Assembly: GCA_963699255.1 (NCBI GenBank)
Contig: OY969425.1
Span: 180,001-212,000, forward strand
Source of the DNA: an uncultured bacterium
Lineage (GTDB): Bacteria; Margulisbacteria; WOR-1; CAVSGV01
Direction: 5' to 3'
Length of the DNA: 32,000 bases
Under the pieces are notes generated by a model. The model had not been told where the DNA came from. It made no database searches and saw only the letters and a program-made list of their open reading frames with translations. The position numbers and the translations under genes are program-made. How positions within the stretch are numbered: the first letter of the stretch is position 1; each line of letters opens with the position of its first letter. This document shows, piece after piece, positions 1 to 5,853 of the stretch.

Positions 1-321
1 GGATATAAACAATATACAGAAAGAGATCCTGGCGAAGAAAGCCGGCGGGGACAATAAGAATACGGCCAGCATCAATATCCAGACGCCGAAGATCACTTCA
101 GAGACGCCAATGTTCAGCACAGGCGCTCCAACAGCCCCCAAAAAACAATACGCCTATACAGCATAGGCCTGCAACCGCGAACATCAGCATTGTCTATCTC
201 TTTAGGACCTGCAACAGAATCACGGCAATCGTCGGTATCTAGTGTCGGCTCCACATGACAGATTGCCGATGAACCATACATATAATATGATCTCTTTTTG
301 TGTTAAAATCCTGGATCAGCA

Positions 322-1020
322 ATGGGCAGAGTATTGACATATATTTATTCGGTGATCTTTTGGGCATATCTTCTGCTCTTCTTCACACTGGTGCCGCTCT
401 TCGCCCTGCCGTTCTCCTTGATATTCGGGCTGAAGCGGTCTTTCAGGACTTTTTTCAAGATATTCGTCAAATTCGGGCTGTTCATTTTAGGCTGTTTTCC
501 GTCCGTTGAGGGGCTTGAGAACATGCCCCGGGGCAAAAATGTCATCCTTGTATCAAATCACCCCAGCTTCATGGACCCGTTCCTTCTTAACGCGGCCCTG
601 CCCGGGTTCTACAATTTCATAGTTTCAGCCAGATTGCTTGATAATCCTTATTCAATGGTGGCAATAAGGGGCGCAGGCCTTGTGGTGAAGCGCTACGGAC
701 ATTCCCTGTATGGTTCAAGCGCGATGATCAGGACCGTGAAAGCCATAAATGCCGGCGACTCGTTCATTCTGTTCCCGTCCGAGCGCGCCATTCTAGGAGG
801 CCGCATCGATAAGATAAACCCCGGCTTTTATAAGGTGATTGAGGATGCGAGTGCAGTCATCCTGCCTGTGTTCATCAAGCAGGAAATAAGGTTCACATTT
901 ATACGGAAGCCGTTCAAGGCAAAAGTGGTCATCGGAAAGCCGCTGGATAAACATAATGTACTATATGTAAGAGACAACGCCATTAAACAGGCAGTAGAAT
1001 TTCTAGGGCAACAAGTGTAA
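322..1020 (+). CDS. plsC: 1-acyl-sn-glycerol-3-phosphate (lysophospholipid) acyltransferase family protein
   Basis: 232-aa ORF with a hydrophobic N-terminus. It has acyltransferase motif I NHPSFMDP (HX4D) and a later LFPSERA block resembling the FPEGTR motif of PlsC-type enzymes. Confidence 0.75.
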   Translation: MGRVLTYIYSVIFWAYLLLFFTLVPLFALPFSLIFGLKRSFRTFFKIFVKFGLFILGCFPSVEGLENMPRGKNVILVSNHPSFMDPFLLNAALPGFYNFIVSARLLDNPYSMVAIRGAGLVVKRYGHSLYGSSAMIRTVKAINAGDSFILFPSERAILGGRIDKINPGFYKVIEDASAVILPVFIKQEIRFTFIRKPFKAKVVIGKPLDKHNVLYVRDNAIKQAVEFLGQQV

Positions 1021-1067
1021 CCCGCCTGTGTCTAAAACCCCTTCTGTCCCTCGTTAATGCTCGGGAC

Positions 1068-1092
1068 ATCTCCCCCTTAGTAAGGGGGAGAT
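1068..1092. repeat. perfect 25-nt palindrome ATCTCCCCCTTA-G-TAAGGGGGAGAT (REP-like hairpin)
   Basis: Read directly from the sequence. It has the same architecture (pyrimidine run, CCTTA-N-TAAGG, purine run) as the hairpin at 5240-5262. Confidence 0.7.
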
Positions 1093-1094
1093 AC

Positions 1095-1124
1095 AGAGGG
1101 GGTTATTAAGCCCTCTTATTCTTA
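1095..1124 (+). terminator. possible intrinsic terminator downstream of plsC
   Basis: Stem AGAGGG (1095-1100) pairs with CCCTCT (1111-1116) and is followed by the T-rich TATTCTTATTTAT. The stem is short and the T-run is interrupted. Confidence 0.35.
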
Positions 1125-1176
1125 TTTATCCGCCTTATGCCGTTTGCTGAAAGCCTTATTCTACAAGCTAAATCCC

Positions 1177-1214
1177 ATGCAAGTTTTACCCCTCTTCTTA
1201 CGAATAATACAGTG
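1177..1214 (+). promoter_or_regulatory. sigma-28-like promoter motif, copy 1
   Basis: ATGCAAGTTT-tacccctcttctta-CGAATAATACAGTG, 14 nt upstream of the ATG at 1228. It is one of six aligned copies in the window. Confidence 0.5.
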
Positions 1215-1227
1215 TAGGGGAGCTAAG

Positions 1228-1428
1228 ATGCCACAAAACGAAACTAATGGTGTACAACAGTCTCAAAATAAGCAACAGGAAAATCCTGCTGCGAAGAAAG
1301 TTATGGCAAATCAACCAAACAGAATGGCGAAGCCATCCGATGAGAGGTCGGATCAGCCGGACCTGAACATTACCGCACGGGTGGAACTTGAAGGCATGAA
1401 GCCGCCCATTGCCAACTGTATTGTCTGA
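1228..1428 (+). CDS. hypothetical protein (66 aa), no recognisable family
   Basis: The ATG at 1228 has AGGGGAG 5 nt upstream. The ORF-track TTG start at 1144 would read through the promoter-like motif, so the shorter start is preferred. The protein is Q/N/K-rich with no hydrophobic segment. Confidence 0.5.
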   Translation: MPQNETNGVQQSQNKQQENPAAKKVMANQPNRMAKPSDERSDQPDLNITARVELEGMKPPIANCIV

Positions 1429-1442
1429 GGAGCACAAAAGCA

Positions 1443-1763
1443 ATGAACGCGATAACCGGCATAAATAAACAGATAAACCCCAACCAGGGTGTTGGGGTAA
1501 ATCCGACAACACAGCCCCAGAAGAGCGAGGGCAAAACGAATAATTCAGGCATAAATTTTAACAATGTATTTGAGATCGTGAGAAGGAGCCTTGACGGGGT
1601 TATGGTGGTGGCGGAGAACAACAGGACGGGCGGCGCTGATTTCAGGAAGGAAAAGCTGGAGATAGAGGAAAAGAGGAAGTTCAAGACCGACCTTGAAGAA
1701 GCCCAGGAGATACTGAACCAGATAGCAAAGGTCATGGAAAAGCACGGCAAAGCTGTAAAGTAA
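1443..1763 (+). CDS. hypothetical protein (106 aa), no recognisable family
   Basis: Starts 14 nt after the previous stop, with GAGGAG upstream. The N-terminal half is Q/N/P/G-rich. The C-terminal half is a charged helix-like segment (EKLEIEEKRKFKTDLEEAQEILNQIAKVMEKH). Confidence 0.6.
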   Translation: MNAITGINKQINPNQGVGVNPTTQPQKSEGKTNNSGINFNNVFEIVRRSLDGVMVVAENNRTGGADFRKEKLEIEEKRKFKTDLEEAQEILNQIAKVMEKHGKAVK

Positions 1764-1769
1764 AATCGC

Positions 1770-1807
1770 ATGCAAGTTTTGTGCCGGTCGTTACGATAGA
1801 TATAGTG
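1770..1807 (+). promoter_or_regulatory. sigma-28-like promoter motif, copy 2
   Basis: ATGCAAGTTT-tgtgccggtcgtta-CGATAGATATAGTG, 37 nt upstream of the ATG at 1844. Confidence 0.55.
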
Positions 1808-1843
1808 GAAGACAAAATTATAAAAATAAGGAGGTGAAATAAT

Positions 1844-2191
1844 ATGAGTTACGGAGCAGAATACGCGACCAAGAAAACGGGGGAAAATATATTAGACAAT
1901 GCTCTTACAGTGGCAGGTGACGGAGTCGATGACATCGCGCACGTTTTGGCCGATGTTGAAGCGAACGGCGGTAAGATCAATAACGGCAACGGCCAGTCAG
2001 GGTTAACTGTTGCACATAACCATGGACTCGACACTTCGGTTCCAGAGATAGATATATCAACCGCAGCGGGAGCGATGGTTGTTGACGATTTAATGCAAAA
2101 GATCTCTACGGAAGTCCAGACTGCATCACAGATGCTATCTGCGGCGAACAATTTGACCAAGACGGCATCAAGGATATTGAGCCAGGGATAA
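1844..2191 (+). CDS. hypothetical protein (115 aa); candidate abundantly expressed structural subunit (inference only)
   Basis: Strong SD AAGGAGGTG, its own promoter motif upstream and a strong terminator downstream (monocistronic). No signal peptide. The C-terminus is amphipathic (VDDLMQKISTEVQTASQMLSAANNLTKTASRILSQG). Confidence 0.7.
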   Translation: MSYGAEYATKKTGENILDNALTVAGDGVDDIAHVLADVEANGGKINNGNGQSGLTVAHNHGLDTSVPEIDISTAAGAMVVDDLMQKISTEVQTASQMLSAANNLTKTASRILSQG

Positions 2192-2217
2192 TCTTTCCTG
2201 GGGGATTTTGACTTGAC

Positions 2218-2257
2218 AGGCGGTAGCTAAGGCAACTTAGCTGCCGCCTTTTTCTTT
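2218..2257 (+). terminator. rho-independent terminator
   Basis: A 14-bp stem, AGGCGGTAGCTAAG (2218-2231) with CTTAGCTGCCGCCT (2236-2249), includes one G-U pair. The loop is GCAA and the tail is TTTTTCTTT. Confidence 0.85.
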
Positions 2258-2267
2258 ATAAGGAATA

Positions 2268-2296
2268 CCGACAGCTTACCGCTAACGGCTTACAGC
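2268..2296. repeat. GCTAAC/ACGGC/CAGC word repeat, outer upstream copy of the four-helix-bundle cassette flank
   Basis: CCGACAGCTTACCGCTAACGGCTTACAGC shares its words (GCTAACGGC, CTTACAGC) with 2423-2490, 2853-2909 and 5691-5763. Confidence 0.6.
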
Positions 2297-2422
2297 AAAT
2301 GAATTATAAGTGTCGAAAATAGCTTCAGTTGGCGAAAGATTAATGATCTGTTCATCTAGGAGTAATCAAATTTTGTTGATTAATCAGCAAAAATCACATG
2401 GAATTGATTTGGCAAAGAAATT

Positions 2423-2490
2423 GCTGTGTTAGCTTATGGCTTACAGCTAACGGCCAACAGCTCAATAGCCGTATGCCGTAAGCTGTTAAC
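2423..2490. repeat. upstream inverted-repeat flank of the four-helix-bundle gene
   Basis: GCTGTGTTAGCTTATGGCTTACAGCTAACGGCCAACAGCTCAATAGCCGTATGCCGTAAGCTGTTAAC. GCCAACAGC is the exact reverse complement of GCTGTTGGC in the downstream flank. AGCCGTATGCC recurs at 5718-5728. Confidence 0.65.
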
Positions 2491-2510
2491 TCATACAAGG
2501 AGGATTATCC

Positions 2511-2870
2511 ATGGCTTTTAGATTTCGTAACTTTGCAGTGTATGTAAATTCCAGAAAGTTTATTAATAAGGTTTATGGAATTACAAGACAATTCCCACAA
2601 AATGAGCAATTTGGATTAACGGCTCAGCTACGAAGATCGGCGTTATCAATAGCTTTGAACATAGCTGAGGGTTCTGATAGAGGGTCTGATAGAGACTTTA
2701 ATAGATTTATTCATATGGCTATGGGTTCGATGAATGAGGTTGTTGCAGCATTAGATATTGCGTATGACAACAATAATATTCATAAGCCTTTATATGACTC
2801 AATTATTGCAGATGCTGAAATTGTGATTAAACAACTCAGCAATCTGAGCAAAAAGCTGAAAAGCCGTTAG
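2511..2870 (+). CDS. four-helix-bundle protein (23S rRNA intervening-sequence protein family)
   Basis: 119 aa with family-typical blocks FGLTAQLRRSALSIALNIAEGSDRGSDRDFNRFIHMAMGSMNEV. SD is AAGGAGG. Inverted repeats flank the gene. Confidence 0.85.
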   Translation: MAFRFRNFAVYVNSRKFINKVYGITRQFPQNEQFGLTAQLRRSALSIALNIAEGSDRGSDRDFNRFIHMAMGSMNEVVAALDIAYDNNNIHKPLYDSIIADAEIVIKQLSNLSKKLKSR

Positions 2871-2909
2871 CCTTATGCCGTTAGCTGTTTGCCGTAGGCT
2901 GTTGGCTAA
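2853..2909. repeat. downstream inverted-repeat flank of the four-helix-bundle gene
   Basis: AGCTGAAAAGCCGTTAGCCTTATGCCGTTAGCTGTTTGCCGTAGGCTGTTGGCTAA. It starts within the last codons of the gene and is partly reverse-complementary to 2423-2490. Confidence 0.6.
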
Positions 2910-2914
2910 ACTTC

Positions 2915-2951
2915 ATGCAAGTTTTCTCCATCTTCTTACGAATATATAGTG
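2915..2951 (+). promoter_or_regulatory. sigma-28-like promoter motif, copy 3
   Basis: ATGCAAGTTT-tctccatcttctta-CGAATATATAGTG, 40 nt upstream of the ATG at 2991. Its spacer closely resembles that of copy 1. Confidence 0.55.
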
Positions 2952-2990
2952 TAACCAGGATCATGAGGGATCAATAAAGGGGGAGTAAAA

Positions 2991-3299
2991 ATGGCATTCG
3001 AAGGAAATATAGCACCGGTTCAAGTTACGGAGGGATTGAATAATGTGCATTATGACGTTAAGAGGGCGCTGAGGGTCACTCAGGCCGATATAGACACGAT
3101 AATCTCTGATATGGCTGACGAAACTAAAACCACTATTACGATCGATGGAAGGACAATAAGTAAATCAGATACGGTAACCTTGCAACTCGCGGTCAGCGAC
3201 AAGATGAACAACCTTCAAAACCAGACAACCACAATACTTTCGGTATTTCAGCAAATGTACACAATGGAAAAATCACTTGGCAATTCATCTTCCGGATGA
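2991..3299 (+). CDS. hypothetical protein (102 aa), no recognisable family
   Basis: SD is AAAGGGGGAG. No signal peptide. The C-terminal half is Q/N/T-rich and helix-like (LQLAVSDKMNNLQNQTTTILSVFQQMYTMEKSL). Confidence 0.65.
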   Translation: MAFEGNIAPVQVTEGLNNVHYDVKRALRVTQADIDTIISDMADETKTTITIDGRTISKSDTVTLQLAVSDKMNNLQNQTTTILSVFQQMYTMEKSLGNSSSG

Positions 3300-3321
3300 T
3301 AATGAAGGAGCGGGATAATTA

Positions 3322-4689
3322 ATGTCTTTCGATCTCTTCGGTGGGATTTCGGAATTATCGTTGCAACAGCCGATCCAGCCTGTACAACTGCAGGCTCCGG
3401 ATGCGACGAAAATATTCCTACATTCGGGCCAAGGGGAAGACCCTGCGCAGTACCAGTCTTTCATCAAGGCGGTAAGCGATCTTGCGCAGGCATTCAAGTT
3501 CCTTCCTCAAGACGATCAGCAGTATTATCAAACCGGGACGGGCAAAGCATATTCCAATCTGGATTTTTCTCCGGATGCTTCCGACTGGAACCTCCTGACA
3601 GGCGCTGACAATCAGGGCTGCGCTGACAATTATGACAGCTCCATTCTGGACGAGATCAACAGCTACTTTAACTGGAACGATATAAAATCTATCGGAAGCG
3701 GGCAGAGCTACTATCAGATAGCTGGAAGCGGGGCGATAAGCTCATATTCGGATGAACAGGCCTTTGACCTGATGTGCTCGATGACGGAGTCAAAAGACAG
3801 GGTTTTCGGCGTTTTAAAAGAGATATTCGGCGATCCGAGCAATTTGACCGATGACAACGCGGTGATACAAAAAATTACCGATTGGCTTGGCCAGTATACC
3901 CAGGTTGATCCTCATAACCTCGGTATATTGAAGGTGTTCTTCGGGATGCAGTCGGATTTTATAGATACGCTTGATGCTTACATGAACAGCCAGACATATT
4001 GGGGGAGCAATAATACTTTCAGCGACACATTAATGACCAAGGTTGGATCATACATTTCCACCCTTACAGGGGACAAACAAACTGCGGCGGAATCATTGGA
4101 GTCAGATTGGTTAGCGCCGCCTTCCCGATGGGATACAGTGGGGGGGGTATCGGTCGATGATCTTGCCGATACCGACGGTAGCTGGGTAAAATTCTTCCAG
4201 GATAAAATGACCGAATTTGCCACAAAAGAGATCATAAGATCTGTTGTGTGCAATCTGTCGAATCTGTCGTCAAATCAAAAATACACAAAAGATAAAGCGG
4301 ACTATGAGGAAAAAAAGGACGACCTGATACAGGATGAGATCTGGCTCCAGAGGATGCAGGCAAAGGCTCTCGCGGAATCCAAAAGATTCCTTCAGAAACT
4401 TCTTGGCAGAAAGAAAAGCCTTTCAGTGTCAGGCAGAGGAAGATCAAGTTCTGTTGGGGCAAGGGGCAGGTCGACCGGCGCGGGAGTAAAGGCTGTTGCC
4501 AGGCCGTCCAAGCCTGTTATAAGAGCGGCTGCGAGATCGGTCGTAGGACCTACAATAAGGTCATTAGTTGGCGCTAAAGCAAGGAGCGCGGCAGCGTCAA
4601 GCGCTCGAAGCAGCAGTGTTGCGTCGAGATCGCCGAACCAAGCCGTTCAGGCCAAGAAAAATCCAAGAGACGAGAAAAAGGTGATATAA
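3322..4689 (+). CDS. hypothetical protein (455 aa) with Arg/Ser/Ala-rich basic C-terminal tail
   Basis: SD is GAAGGAG. The acidic, aromatic-rich body is followed by ~90 aa of low-complexity basic sequence (RGRSSSVGARGRSTGAGVKAVARPSKPVIRAAARSVVGPTIRSLVGAKARSAAASSARSSS). A G8 tract lies at 4140-4147. Confidence 0.7.
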   Translation: MSFDLFGGISELSLQQPIQPVQLQAPDATKIFLHSGQGEDPAQYQSFIKAVSDLAQAFKFLPQDDQQYYQTGTGKAYSNLDFSPDASDWNLLTGADNQGCADNYDSSILDEINSYFNWNDIKSIGSGQSYYQIAGSGAISSYSDEQAFDLMCSMTESKDRVFGVLKEIFGDPSNLTDDNAVIQKITDWLGQYTQVDPHNLGILKVFFGMQSDFIDTLDAYMNSQTYWGSNNTFSDTLMTKVGSYISTLTGDKQTAAESLESDWLAPPSRWDTVGGVSVDDLADTDGSWVKFFQDKMTEFATKEIIRSVVCNLSNLSSNQKYTKDKADYEEKKDDLIQDEIWLQRMQAKALAESKRFLQKLLGRKKSLSVSGRGRSSSVGARGRSTGAGVKAVARPSKPVIRAAARSVVGPTIRSLVGAKARSAAASSARSSSVASRSPNQAVQAKKNPRDEKKVI

Positions 4690-4690
4690 A

Positions 4691-5185
4691 ATGGGCGCTG
4701 AATTTTCAACCAACTTAGGATTAGCCAATAGCGCCACCAAGCAATACGCGATAGCCAAGCAGGCCCAGCCGAATAATAAGAAGGTGGGGGATGAATCTTC
4801 TCTTACAACGGAGAAAGGCGGCGTGTACGGTGAAAAGCTTGTGGACATGGCGAATCCGAGCATAGATGAGTATGTCACCGCTCTTGCCACGCAGGATGAG
4901 GCCTCCAAGGCCAGGAAAAAATACAAGCCTACGGTAGAATCGCTGCAAGAACGCCTGGAAGGGGCGCTCGAACAACGTTACGATAATGCCCACAACATGC
5001 TTGCCGAAGCGTTTTACGGGTTCCAGGTAAGCACCTGCAACTCCCTGCTTGGGCTGCTTGGCGCAGATCCGGCAGATCTGGAAGCCATCAGGAAGAAAGC
5101 GTACGAGCAGGCAAAAGGCAAAGTACAGGCAGGGTATGAAAGGCTGGCAACCGCTTACGCGGAATACGAGATTTACGCCTCATAA
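4691..5185 (+). CDS. hypothetical protein (164 aa), no recognisable family
   Basis: The ATG lies 1 nt after the upstream stop (TAAAATG), with AAGGTG upstream, so it is probably translationally coupled. The composition is helical and charged. Confidence 0.65.
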   Translation: MGAEFSTNLGLANSATKQYAIAKQAQPNNKKVGDESSLTTEKGGVYGEKLVDMANPSIDEYVTALATQDEASKARKKYKPTVESLQERLEGALEQRYDNAHNMLAEAFYGFQVSTCNSLLGLLGADPADLEAIRKKAYEQAKGKVQAGYERLATAYAEYEIYAS

Positions 5186-5239
5186 ACCTATCCCCGGTTT
5201 GATTACTGTCATTATCTACTAGTTTTAGTTGTGCGACTG

Positions 5240-5262
5240 CCCTCTCCTTACTAAGGAGAGGG
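5240..5262. repeat. REP-like hairpin CCCTCTCCTTA-C-TAAGGAGAGGG
   Basis: Perfect 11-nt arms read directly from the sequence. The design matches 1068-1092. No T-run follows. Confidence 0.65.
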
Positions 5263-5278
5263 GTGAAGAGGTGAGGTG

Positions 5279-5287
5279 TGATATAAT
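5279..5287 (+). promoter_or_regulatory. extended -10 element TGATATAAT, possible leaderless promoter for ORF 5294
   Basis: TGnTATAAT ends 6 nt before the A of the ATG at 5294. No SD lies at a usable distance. Confidence 0.3.
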
Positions 5288-5293
5288 TGAGCT

Positions 5294-5689
5294 ATGGCCA
5301 GCAACAAGCGCAAAAAAGCTCAACAGAGGATCTTAAGCGAGGTCAAGAGCCAGCTGCATATAAAAGCCAAAAAGCTCGGAATTGAGTATAATTTTTCCGA
5401 TCTTAATTTTGAGACAATGAAACTGGATGCCGCTAGACGCATACTGGACGACCTTAACTCCGAAAAATCCAATCTTGAATATGAGCTGTACATGAAGGGC
5501 ATCCTGGACAAGGAAAGCACCATAAAACTTGAGAAGATACAGACCTATATAAGTAAGGCTCAAAGGGTCATCGGCAAATACGAAAAAACCATCGGTAAGA
5601 TCGCTGAAAAGGCCGCCCCTAACAAGGAAAAGACCAGGGAAGCGGTCAAGAAAATCACCATAACCCCGAAAATATCAGTACACAGATAA
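5294..5689 (+). CDS. hypothetical basic coiled-coil-like protein (131 aa)
   Basis: Lys-rich with heptad-like composition (MASNKRKKAQQRILSEVKSQLHIKAKKLG...). No family recognised. Confidence 0.55.
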   Translation: MASNKRKKAQQRILSEVKSQLHIKAKKLGIEYNFSDLNFETMKLDAARRILDDLNSEKSNLEYELYMKGILDKESTIKLEKIQTYISKAQRVIGKYEKTIGKIAEKAAPNKEKTREAVKKITITPKISVHR

Positions 5690-5690
5690 G

Positions 5691-5763
5691 CAAACAGCAT
5701 ACGGCTAACAGCTAAAAAGCCGTATGCCTTAGCCCGCAGGGCGTGCCGTGAGTTGTTAGCTAA
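5691..5763. repeat. solo copy of the cassette-flank repeat, containing a 10-bp hairpin
   Basis: CAAACAGCATACGGCTAACAGCTAAAAAGCCGTATGCCTTAGCCC...GTTGTTAGCTAA. GCATACGGCT (5697-5706) pairs perfectly with AGCCGTATGC (5718-5727). It shares words with 2423-2490 and 2853-2909, but no four-helix-bundle gene is present here. Confidence 0.6.
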
Positions 5764-5766
5764 TCC

Positions 5767-5805
5767 ATGCAAGTTTTTGGCTTCAAAACACGATAATATA
5801 TACGG
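5767..5805 (+). promoter_or_regulatory. sigma-28-like promoter motif, copy 4
   Basis: ATGCAAGTTT-ttggcttcaaaaca-CGATAATATATACGG, 49 nt upstream of the ATG at 5854. Confidence 0.55.
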
Positions 5806-5853
5806 AACAGGGTATAAGAATATCAGGGTATCAACGTATCAGAGGAGAGAGAA

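Noticed and set aside
1-153. Open minus-strand frame running off the left edge (…GVSEVIFGVWILMLAVFLLSPPAFFARISFCILFIS)
   Set aside because: It is hydrophobic and may be the 5' end of a membrane-protein gene. It is too short within the window, the start is ambiguous (GTG 120 or TTG 141), and no family is recognisable, so it is not reported as a feature.
1144-1227. N-terminal extension (TTG 1144) of ORF 1144-1428 given in the ORF track
   Set aside because: The extension would read straight through the conserved promoter-like motif (1177-1214). The ATG at 1228 has a proper SD, so the short form is preferred.
1443-1763. Idea that the 106-aa ORF is an FlgM-type anti-sigma-28 factor
   Set aside because: The idea was prompted only by context and a disordered Q/N/P-rich N-terminus. 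I cannot find the conserved C-terminal FlgM helix pattern, so it stays a hypothetical protein.
4691-4711. MGAEFST N-terminus fits the eukaryotic N-myristoylation pattern MGxxxS/T (as in some injected effectors)
   Set aside because: A two-position motif is expected by chance at roughly the percent level per protein, and ten proteins were examined. There is no other evidence for host targeting.
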